Of a stretch of DNA of 64,000 nucleotides, positions 56,333-64,000 are shown piece by piece. The position numbers and the translations under genes are program-made. Position 1 is the first letter of the stretch. Each line of letters opens with the position of its first letter. The notes beneath the pieces were generated by a model. It saw only the letters and a program-made list of their open reading frames with translations, made no database searches and was not told the origin of the DNA. The stretch comes from an uncultured Alphaproteobacteria bacterium (GTDB lineage Bacteria > Pseudomonadota > Alphaproteobacteria > ATCC43930 > CGMCC-115725), in assembly GCA_963785565.1 (NCBI GenBank), contig CAWAVV010000011.1, positions 184,263 to 248,262 on the forward strand, given 5' to 3'.

Positions 56333-57547
56333 ATGCCGATTCCTTCCTGCCTCGCTGCTGCCGGGGCCAGCTCGCAGGGCCGGGTGGATCGGGGCAACGC
56401 CGCGGCGCCGCTGGCGATCTACATCCATTGGCCGTTTTGCCGGTCGAAATGCCCTTATTGCGACTTCAATAGCCATGTCCGCGACGGCATCGACGCGGCT
56501 CGCTGGACGCGGGCCCTGCTGGCCGATCTCGACCATCAGGCGGCGCTGTTGCCGGGGCGCGCGGTCGGCTCGGTCTTTTTCGGCGGCGGCACGCCTTCAC
56601 TGATGCCTCCCGAAACGGTCGCGTCATTGCTCGAAAGGGTGCAGCGGCATTGGGCGGTTACGGCCGATGTCGAAATCACCCTCGAAGCCAACCCGAATTC
56701 CACCGAAGCCGCGCGTTTCCGCGCCTTTGCTGCTGCCGGAGTCAACCGACTGTCGCTCGGCGTCCAGGCGCTCGACCCGGCGGCGTTGCGCTTTCTCGGC
56801 CGAGCGCATGACCGCGCCGAGGCGATCGCCGCGATCGAGCATGCAAGCGACAATTTCGCCCGGTTCTCGTTCGATCTGATTTATGCCCGGCCCGGCCAGA
56901 GCATTGCCGCCTGGCGGCGCGAACTCGACGAGGGGCTGGGCCTCGCCGGCGACCATCTCTCGCTCTATCAGCTGACGATCGAACCCGGCACCGCCTTTGC
57001 CACCTTGGCGCGACGCGGCGATCTGGTCCCGCCCGACGACGACGACGCCGCTGCGCTGTTCGAGACGACCCAGGACCGCCTCGCCGCCGTCGGGCTTCCC
57101 GCCTACGAAATCTCGAACCACGCCCGCCCCGGCGCCGAGTGCCGCCACAATCTCGTCTATTGGCGTTATCAGGATTATGTCGGCATCGGCCCAGGCGCGC
57201 ATGGCCGGCTGACCCGAGAGGGCGTCAAATATGCGACCCGCCAGCGCCGCGCGCCCGAGGCCTGGCTCGCCGCGGTCGAAGCCACCGGCGGCGGTCTCGA
57301 AGAAACCGCCGCGATCGGCCGCGACACAGCGATCGAGGAAATGCTGATGATGGGGCTCCGGCTGACCGAAGGGGTCGCGCGCCCGCGGCTCGAGCAAGCC
57401 GCCGGACAGATCGCCGAGGCCGTGTTCGCCGACACTCTTCCCCCGCTGATCGAAGGCGGCTTCCTGACCCTCGACCGCGACCGCCTCGCTGCTACCCCTG
57501 CCGGCCGCCAACGCCTCAACGCCGTGCTCGCGTCCCTCCTCGGCTGA
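56333..57547 (+). CDS. hemW: Radical SAM haem chaperone HemW (HemN-like, oxygen-independent coproporphyrinogen oxidase family)
   Basis: [23 protein letters not shown]…[10 protein letters not shown]. The start is uncertain. An alternative GTG at 56300 overlaps the ureG end. Confidence 0.8.
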   Translation: MPIPSCLAAAGASSQGRVDRGNAAAPLAIYIHWPFCRSKCPYCDFNSHVRDGIDAARWTRALLADLDHQAALLPGRAVGSVFFGGGTPSLMPPETVASLLERVQRHWAVTADVEITLEANPNSTEAARFRAFAAAGVNRLSLGVQALDPAALRFLGRAHDRAEAIAAIEHASDNFARFSFDLIYARPGQSIAAWRRELDEGLGLAGDHLSLYQLTIEPGTAFATLARRGDLVPPDDDDAAALFETTQDRLAAVGLPAYEISNHARPGAECRHNLVYWRYQDYVGIGPGAHGRLTREGVKYATRQRRAPEAWLAAVEATGGGLEETAAIGRDTAIEEMLMMGLRLTEGVARPRLEQAAGQIAEAVFADTLPPLIEGGFLTLDRDRLAATPAGRQRLNAVLASLLG

Positions 57548-57687
57548 GCGCCCCGGCGACATCGGCCTCGACGCGGGTATCGCCCCCGCCACCTGCGCCC
57601 TGTCTTCCGCCAGGCCCCGGTCCATCAAATCACTTGCAGATCTCGATCGCCGCGAGACAATCGATTGGTTGGACGAGGATCGGGAGA

Positions 57688-59319
57688 GTGGCCGAAGCAT
57701 ACGCCTACATCATCGTCGGGGCCGGATCGGCGGGCTGCACCTTGGCCAATCGGCTGAGCGAGGACGCGGACGCGCGCGTGCTGGTGCTCGAGGCGGGCGG
57801 CTGGGACCGCGACCCGTGGATCCACATCCCGCTCGGCTGGGGCCGGATGTTGCAGCGCCGCCGCCACGACTGGATGTATTTCGCCGAGCCCGAGGCGACG
57901 ATGGACGGCCGTCGCGTCGAGTGCGCCCGCGGAAAGGTGATCGGCGGCTCGTCTTCGATCAACGCCATGGTCTATGTGCGCGGCCATCGCGGCGACTACC
58001 AGCGATGGGCGGCGGACGGGCTCGACGCCTGGTCTTACGCCCATGTGCTGCCCTATTTCCGCCGTCAGGAAAGCTGGGAGGGCGGCGCCGGCCCCTATCG
58101 CGGCGGCGACGGGCCGCTGACGGTGCGGCAGTCGCGCTATTCCGACCCGCTGGTCGACGCCTACATCGCGGCGGGCGCCGCGGCCGGGCACAGCTTGACC
58201 GAGGATTACAACGGCGCGCAGCAGGAGGGCTTCGGCCGCTCGCAGATGACGATCCGCGACGGGCGGCGCTGCAGCGCCGCGGTCGCCTATCTGCGTCCGG
58301 CGCTGACCCGGCCCAATCTCGAAATCGTCGTGGGCGCGCTGGCGACACGTATCCTGTTCGAGGGTAGCCGGGCGGTCGGCGTCGAATATCTGAAATCGGG
58401 CCAGCGCATTGCCGCCTATGCCGAGCGCGAGGTGATCCTTGCCGGCGGCGTCATCAATTCGCCGCAGTTGTTGATGCTGTCGGGCATCGGCGACCCTGAA
58501 GCGCTCGCCGCGCACGACATCCCGGTCAAAGTGCCCCTGCCCGGCGTCGGGCAAAATCTGCAAGACCACATCTCGGCGCCGGTAAGCTATGCCCGTAAAG
58601 AGCCCGGCCCTTTGCACGCCAGGATGCGCGCCGACCGCATTGCCCTGGAATTGGCCAACACCTATTTCCGCGGCGCCGGCATCGCCAGCGATTTGCCGGG
58701 CGGGCTGATGGCTTTTCTAAAGACGGCGCCCGAGGCCGCTTTGCCCGACTTACAGCTGCTGTTCAACGCCGCGCCGCTGGCGGCCTCGCCGTATTTCCCG
58801 CCCTTCGCGCCGGCCTACGCCGACAGCTTCGCCTGCCGCGCGGTCTTGTTGCGTCCCGAGAGCCGCGGGCAGGTCGCGCTCGCCTCTTCCGACCCGAAGG
58901 TCCCGGTGCGTATCCATCAGAATTTCCTAGCCACCGACAAGGACTGGGCGACCTTGCGCGCCGGGATTCGTCTCGTTCGCGACATCGGTCGGGCGGCGCC
59001 CCTGGTCCCGTTCGCCGCGGGGGAGATCGCCCCCGGCCCCGATTGCCGTTCCGACCCCGAGCTCGACGCTTACATCCGCGCCCGCGCGATCACGGTTCAC
59101 CATCCGCTCGGCACCTGCAAGATGGGCCGACCGGCCGACCCCACCGCCGTCGTCGATCCCGAACTCAGGGTCCTGGGTGTGGACGCGCTGCGCGTCGTCG
59201 ACGCCTCGGTGATGCCGGACCTAGTCGGCGGCAACATCAACGCGGCTGTGATCATGATCGCCGAAAAAGCCGCCGACCTGATCCGCGGCCACCCTCCGCT
59301 CGCCCCGGTCAACGTCTAA
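57688..59319 (+). CDS. GMC-family (choline-dehydrogenase-like) FAD oxidoreductase
   Basis: (V)[25 protein letters not shown]…[18 protein letters not shown]…HPLGTCKMG. The GTG at 57688 is preceded by GAGGA. The long upstream ORF extension is Arg/Pro-rich junk. Confidence 0.85.
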   Translation: MAEAYAYIIVGAGSAGCTLANRLSEDADARVLVLEAGGWDRDPWIHIPLGWGRMLQRRRHDWMYFAEPEATMDGRRVECARGKVIGGSSSINAMVYVRGHRGDYQRWAADGLDAWSYAHVLPYFRRQESWEGGAGPYRGGDGPLTVRQSRYSDPLVDAYIAAGAAAGHSLTEDYNGAQQEGFGRSQMTIRDGRRCSAAVAYLRPALTRPNLEIVVGALATRILFEGSRAVGVEYLKSGQRIAAYAEREVILAGGVINSPQLLMLSGIGDPEALAAHDIPVKVPLPGVGQNLQDHISAPVSYARKEPGPLHARMRADRIALELANTYFRGAGIASDLPGGLMAFLKTAPEAALPDLQLLFNAAPLAASPYFPPFAPAYADSFACRAVLLRPESRGQVALASSDPKVPVRIHQNFLATDKDWATLRAGIRLVRDIGRAAPLVPFAAGEIAPGPDCRSDPELDAYIRARAITVHHPLGTCKMGRPADPTAVVDPELRVLGVDALRVVDASVMPDLVGGNINAAVIMIAEKAADLIRGHPPLAPVNV

Positions 59320-59474
59320 GGGTTGACAAGCTTCAGCCTCGAGAAATCTGCGGCCGGCCTAGGCGCACCGGTTTTTCACCACGCCGCTCCCGGATTTTGA
59401 GCGCTCTTGTTATTCTGGTCCCTTCGGATCGAAGCTGCCGATCGAGCCACGGTCATAGCCACGCGGAGGGAAGA

Positions 59475-59876
59475 ATGCTCACCATCCTCGATCTCAATGC
59501 CGAGTTCGCCAAGCTGAAGACGTTGCGCGGACGCACTCCGGAAACGCCGGCGGCCGAGCGCGAGGGCGCCTTCGCGCGGTTGGCGCCGTACCGCGACAGC
59601 GCCATCAACGTCGCCAAATTTTCCGGCGAAGGCCCATGGGAGCGCCACATCAACGGCGACGAGATCGTGCAGGTCGTCGACGGCGCCACGACTTTTCACA
59701 TCATGTTCGAGGACGGGCCGCAATCCTACGCACTCAAGGCCGGGATGGTGGTCGTCGTCCCGCAAGGGAAGTGGCATCGCTTCGAGGCGCCGGACGGGGT
59801 GAGCTTGATGACCACCACACCTCAACCGACCGAACACCTCACCTTCGCGATCGACGATCCGCGAACCCTCGACTGA
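59475..59876 (+). CDS. Cupin-domain protein
   Basis: The start MLTILDLN has GGAGGGAAG upstream. …ERHINGDEIVQVVDGATTF…VVVVPQGKWHRFE is cupin-like. Confidence 0.7.
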   Translation: MLTILDLNAEFAKLKTLRGRTPETPAAEREGAFARLAPYRDSAINVAKFSGEGPWERHINGDEIVQVVDGATTFHIMFEDGPQSYALKAGMVVVVPQGKWHRFEAPDGVSLMTTTPQPTEHLTFAIDDPRTLD

Positions 59877-59928
59877 TATCGGGGGTTATTTGAGCCTTGC
59901 CGAGACCGCCACCACGCCGGCCCACTCC

Positions 59929-60903
59929 CTACGACGCGAAAATCTCGCCGAGGCGCCGGATCGAGCTCAGCACTTGTTGCTGCGGCAGTCCCGGCCACTG
60001 GCAGCGCATGATGAAGTGATCGACGCCGAGAAGTTCGCGATAACGCGCGATCTCCTCCTTTACCGACACCGTGTCGCCGATGATGAACCGGTCGCGCGCG
60101 AAATCCTCGAAGTCGGGCGAGGTGCGGTCCTGCAGTCCCCAGGCGGCGTAGGCGTTGTATTTGTATTCGAGCGGGCCGCGGCATTCCTCGTGCGCGGTGG
60201 CGTGGCGCGCGCCGACATAGCATTCCAGGGTAATCGGAAATTCCATCGGGGTTCGGCCGTATTCCTTCAATGCCGCGCGATAGGTCTGCATCAGCGGCGC
60301 CACCGTGCCGAGCCCGCCGCTGTTGACGATCAGCCAAGCGTCGCCGATCCGCGCCGCGCGCCTGACCGATACTTCGGCCTGCCCGGCGATGTAGACCGGC
60401 GGCCCACCCGGGCGCACCGGCTTCACGCCGATGCCAGCGTCGTTGACCGTGTAGAACCGGCCCTTATGGCTCACCCGATCCTCGGTCCACAGCCGACGCA
60501 TCAAGGCGATGCTCTCGTTGAACCGCGGCGCCCGCTCCTTGAGGGCGAGGCCGAACGCGTCGAACTCCGGCTGGCGGTAGCCCAGGCCGATGCCGAGGAT
60601 GTAGTTGCCGCCGGTCAGCACGTCCAAGGTGGCCGCTTCCTCGGCAACATGCATCGGGTTGAGCGGCGGCAGGATCAGGATGTTCGGCCCGATCGTCATG
60701 CCCTGCGCGTGGGCCGCGACGTAGCCCATGACCGGCGTGATCTGCAGCATCTGCAGCGGATGGGTCAGCCAGTGATGCGGGAACCACAGGGACGCGAACC
60801 CCGCGTCATGCGCCGCGCGCACTTGCGCCACCATCTCCGGGACCCGCTCGACCAGGTTGAAGCCCTCCGGGAACTGGGTGTTGATGAACAGACCGACTTT
60901 CAT
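59929..60903 (-). CDS. LLM-class (luciferase-like) flavin-dependent oxidoreductase
   Basis: MKVGLFINTQFPEGF…AGFASLWFPHHW…. Length is 324 aa. Confidence 0.8.
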   Translation of the reverse strand: MKVGLFINTQFPEGFNLVERVPEMVAQVRAAHDAGFASLWFPHHWLTHPLQMLQITPVMGYVAAHAQGMTIGPNILILPPLNPMHVAEEAATLDVLTGGNYILGIGLGYRQPEFDAFGLALKERAPRFNESIALMRRLWTEDRVSHKGRFYTVNDAGIGVKPVRPGGPPVYIAGQAEVSVRRAARIGDAWLIVNSGGLGTVAPLMQTYRAALKEYGRTPMEFPITLECYVGARHATAHEECRGPLEYKYNAYAAWGLQDRTSPDFEDFARDRFIIGDTVSVKEEIARYRELLGVDHFIMRCQWPGLPQQQVLSSIRRLGEIFAS

Positions 60904-61408
60904 GACGGCTTTTCCTCCCGCTCGCGGCGCCGCGCGCCGCGGCCGCCGAACGACGCAGCTGCGGATCTACTCGCCGCGATCCGCCAGGGTAAAGCTTTCG
61001 TCGATGCAGTCCAATGGATGCCGTTCGGTGATCGGCTCTCCGACGTTGATCTGAGAGACCGCCTGCTCTGCAAAGCTCGACAAGCCTAGCCGGGCTCCTC
61101 TCGGAGGAGCGGGTCCAGGTTGCTTGGCGACTTTTCCCTGTCAGACTTTTTTACAGGAGATCCTCTGCACCCGGCCGTCACCGGCTCGGTTTCGATCCGC
61201 TTCTCGCGTTCCACGACCCACTCCGAGCACATATAACCCACTAATATATTTACGAGTTTTGTCATTGATAGAAACCGAGCCGGGGTTGTTGCGCCTGGTG
61301 CGGGCCGCTTTTGGCGCGTCGGATATTTTTACAACTTTAAAGAGATCAATAGATACGTTAACCTATGGTAATTACGAATATGTTTCATATTCAATTGCAT
61401 AGAGTCCT

Positions 61409-61423
61409 TGGCATATCGCTTGC
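61409..61423 (+). promoter_or_regulatory. Sigma-54 (RpoN) -24/-12 promoter candidate
   Basis: TGGCATatcgcTTGC compares with the consensus TGGCAC-N5-TTGC(A/T) and has exact GG/GC spacing. It lies in an AT-rich intergenic region about 90 nt upstream of the PEP-CTERM gene ATG. Confidence 0.55.
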
Positions 61424-61511
61424 GACGCAAAGTCGAGGCCGCTTTGTCGGTCGTTGGTCGATGGTCTCACGGAGCAGTTGAGGCTTGTCGCGTAATTTTG
61501 AGGAGTTGTCC

Positions 61512-62363
61512 ATGTCGTTGTGTAAATCCGCCCTAACGGGCGTGTCTGCCATCGCCCTCTCACTGGGCTTGGCGTGTGCGGCACAGGCGGGAGTGCTGCC
61601 GGTTACCAACCTCGGGTTCAATATGTTGACCAACCCGTTAACCCAGCAGAAGGACTTTTTCACCACCGTACAGCCGACTAACTGGAGCATTGGTACGGCC
61701 CCCGGTTCCAACCTGATCTATGTCGGTCAGCAAGGCTCCGAGAGCTTTGAAAATCAATCGCATGGCAATATTTACGGTGTTTATAGCAACCCCGGATTCC
61801 ACGATACTGTTCCGGCCGGCACCAACTTCTACCAGGCGGACGGCAATCCGGCATTCGAGAGCACGATCTTTCAGACCGTTACGGGGCTGACCGCGGGCAC
61901 GACATACACCCTGCAGTTCCAGCAGGCAGCCGGTCAGCAGGGCTTCCCCAACGGCTTTAGCGGCCCCACCACGGAGCAGTGGAGGGTGTTTCTTGGCGTG
62001 GGCGGGATCGGCACCAACTGCTCGTCAAACCCATGCACCGTCACAGGTACCGCGAATAATCAGGAGGAAGATTCGCCGACTATGGCCGACGGGTCGATGA
62101 TGAACGTTGATTGGAATAGCGTCAACCTGAGCTTTACGCCAACTGCCGCCGACCTGGCCGGGGGCAGCAGCGCGGTATTGACGTTCCTGGCTTGGGGCGA
62201 CAACGGCAGCACCACCAATCTTCCGCCGACGGTGTTCCTGGAAGGCGTAAACACGACGCCGACGGTGCCGGAGCCGGCGACCCTGTCAGTTCTTGGCGTC
62301 GGCCTTCTGGGCCTCGGCGCACTTAGTCTGCGGCGCCACGCCAAAGCCAACGCCGCGGCCTGA
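61512..62363 (+). CDS. PEP-CTERM sorting-domain secreted protein
   Basis: The start MSLCKSALTGVSAIALSLGLACAAQA is a signal peptide with GAGGAG upstream. The C-terminus is TPTVPEPATLSVLGVGLLGLGALSLRRH. Confidence 0.85.
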   Translation: MSLCKSALTGVSAIALSLGLACAAQAGVLPVTNLGFNMLTNPLTQQKDFFTTVQPTNWSIGTAPGSNLIYVGQQGSESFENQSHGNIYGVYSNPGFHDTVPAGTNFYQADGNPAFESTIFQTVTGLTAGTTYTLQFQQAAGQQGFPNGFSGPTTEQWRVFLGVGGIGTNCSSNPCTVTGTANNQEEDSPTMADGSMMNVDWNSVNLSFTPTAADLAGGSSAVLTFLAWGDNGSTTNLPPTVFLEGVNTTPTVPEPATLSVLGVGLLGLGALSLRRHAKANAAA

Positions 62364-62456
62364 TCACTCGATCGGTTGACGCGCCTGGACGGGACCCCGT
62401 CTCGCCCAGGCGCGAATACTGCGCCCATCTGAGAACTGGCAAATCGGGATACGGTC

Positions 62457-63320
62457 GTGCCTGCATTTTTGGACCAACAGCATCTTCACGCGTTCCTGCT
62501 CAGCACGATCAGGCTTGCGGTGTGGCTGCTGCTGCTCGCCGTGGTCTTCCTACCGCTCGAACGCCTGTTCGCGCTGCGCCGACGGAAAATCGTCAGCAAG
62601 AGCCTCGCCAGCGATATCGGCTTTTATTTTATCAGCGGCCTGGTGCCCGCGCTGCTGCTGACGCCGCCGCTCGCTCTGGTGGCTCTCGGCGCTCACGCCG
62701 TTGTGCCGTGGCGCATTCAGGCGGCGGTCGCGGGCTGGCCGATCTGGGCGCGCGCGCTGGGAGCCCTGGTGGTGGGCGAGATCGGCTTCTATTGGGGCCA
62801 TCGGTGGACGCACGAAATTCCGTTTCTCTGGCGTTTCCATTCGATCCACCACAACCCGGCTGAGGTGTATTTCCTGATCAGCGCCCGCGCTCACCCGATC
62901 GACAATGTGTTCACTCGGCTATGCGGTCTGATCCCGGTCTTCATTCTCGGGCTGGCCACCCCGCTGACCCCCGCGGGCGGCATGGTATCCGCGGTGCTCG
63001 TGCTGGTCCTGACCATGTGGGGATTCCTGATCCATGCCAATGTGCGCTGGCGGCTGGGTCCGCTGGAGTGGGTGATCTCGACCCCCGCCTTCCACCACTG
63101 GCACCACACGCTGGCCGAGCCGCGGGACCGCAACTTCGCGTCGATGCTGCCGATCATGGATTGGATCTTCGGCACCCACTACCTGCCCCGCAAGCAATGG
63201 CCGTCGGCCTACGGCATCAATGAGAGATTGCCGAGTTCGCTGGCCGGACAACTGGTGTATCCATTACGCTTGGAGTCGCCGCAGGTCAGCTCGCCGGAAC
63301 CCGTTGCCGCGGACCGGTAA
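62457..63320 (+). CDS. Fatty-acid hydroxylase / sterol-desaturase family membrane protein
   Basis: The histidine boxes are HRWTHE, HSIHH and HHWHH. There are several TM segments. Confidence 0.8.
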   Translation: MPAFLDQQHLHAFLLSTIRLAVWLLLLAVVFLPLERLFALRRRKIVSKSLASDIGFYFISGLVPALLLTPPLALVALGAHAVVPWRIQAAVAGWPIWARALGALVVGEIGFYWGHRWTHEIPFLWRFHSIHHNPAEVYFLISARAHPIDNVFTRLCGLIPVFILGLATPLTPAGGMVSAVLVLVLTMWGFLIHANVRWRLGPLEWVISTPAFHHWHHTLAEPRDRNFASMLPIMDWIFGTHYLPRKQWPSAYGINERLPSSLAGQLVYPLRLESPQVSSPEPVAADR

Positions 63321-63421
63321 CGGCCGCCGGGATCGGACCAACAAAGAACGGCCCGGCGCGGGTCTTGTGCCGTCCCGGCGGATCGGAGAAACTCGCCGCC
63401 TCGCGCCACAGGGAGGCATCG

Positions 63422-64000
63422 ATGCGCAGGGTCGGAAAGAATTCATTTACCGAAATCTATTTCGCCGGCTGCAACCCGAGCTTTATCGAGACCAGCGACG
63501 GCTATGTGATGATCAACTCGCCGCAGCAGCCGATCGACGCGGTGCGCTGGCGCGAGCGCATGGAGGACAAGGCCCCGATCCGCTATCTGATCAACACCGA
63601 GCCGCATGGCGACCACATCTCGGGCAACGCCTATTTCACCAACACGAAGATCGTCGGCCAGGTCCAGCTCCAGGAATGCTTTGAGCGATATCTCTATGCG
63701 TTCGGCTCGCTCGACGAGAAGCGCGAGCGCTTCAAAGAAACCGATCCCGACAGTGTGTGGCTGGTCGGCCACCCGGACTACCCGGCCGCCAATCCGCCGA
63801 CCGTGACCTTTACCGACACGATGACCCTCAACCTCGGCAACCACACCTTCAACATCATCCACATGCCGGGCCATACCGCGCCACAGACCTCGGTCCATGT
63901 GCCGGAAGAGGGGGTGGTCTTTACCGGCGACAACGTCTTTTACAAATGCCGCAGCTGGCTGCAGGAGTGCGACCCGTGGGAGTGGCTGGCCGCGCTCAAA
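63422..64000 (+). CDS. MBL-fold metallo-hydrolase, 5' part (runs off the right edge)
   Basis: This is my own translation from ATG 63422, with GGGAGG upstream: MRRVGKNSFTEIYFAGCNPSFIETSDGYVMINSPQQ…YLINTEPHGDHISGNAYF…FNIIHMPGHTAPQTSVHVPEEGVVFTGDNVF. It is open to the window end and is not in the ORF track because it has no stop. Confidence 0.7.
   Translation, partial: MRRVGKNSFTEIYFAGCNPSFIETSDGYVMINSPQQPIDAVRWRERMEDKAPIRYLINTEPHGDHISGNAYFTNTKIVGQVQLQECFERYLYAFGSLDEKRERFKETDPDSVWLVGHPDYPAANPPTVTFTDTMTLNLGNHTFNIIHMPGHTAPQTSVHVPEEGVVFTGDNVFYKCRSWLQECDPWEWLAALK

Noticed and set aside
57139-57687. 183-codon N-terminal extension of the GMC oxidoreductase ORF
   Set aside because: The extension is Arg/Pro-rich and overlaps the hemW 3' end. 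The canonical GxGxxG N-terminus begins at GTG 57688, which has a plausible RBS.

Overview
High-G+C chromosomal segment. By eye it is about two-thirds G+C; I did not compute this. It looks alphaproteobacterial, judged from the ureD-ureA-ureB-ureC-ureE-ureF-ureG layout, the palindromic REP-type elements and general protein resemblance. The taxon is not proven. I can support about 60 genes and found no tRNA, rRNA or CRISPR array. Core content: glutamate synthase gltB/gltD; a complete urease operon preceded by ggt; CoA-transferase/MaoC, threonine aldolase, maleylacetoacetate isomerase, acyl-CoA synthetase, PrpD-family, GMC and FAD/BBE oxidoreductases; a LigB-type dioxygenase; an ABC substrate-binding protein; MlaA; HemW. 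Several things stand out. (1) The left edge is an IS graveyard (IS21 remnant abutting an IS5 fragment). Next to it is a gene with an in-frame TGA inside a U-G-S-C motif and a hairpin directly downstream, a candidate selenoprotein. (2) A tightly coupled six-gene minus-strand operon of unknown function lies at 28.3-33.7 kb: nucleoside-phosphorylase-like, DUF2064-like, polytopic GT-C-like, radical SAM/SPASM, GT2 and DoxX-like genes. Three single-nucleotide lesions disrupt it. (3) About 0.6 kb of the phosphoesterase gene 5' region is duplicated. The second copy is split by an 818-bp OmpA-like cassette flanked by a 10-bp direct repeat. (4) A roughly 3-kb low-G+C islet carries an integrase remnant and orphan genes. 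(5) Frameshifts are unusually dense and include gltB. (6) REP/MITE-like palindromes fill the urease operon spacers. (7) A near-consensus sigma-54 promoter precedes a PEP-CTERM protein gene. All family names come from motif recall on the translated ORFs and need HMM or BLAST confirmation.
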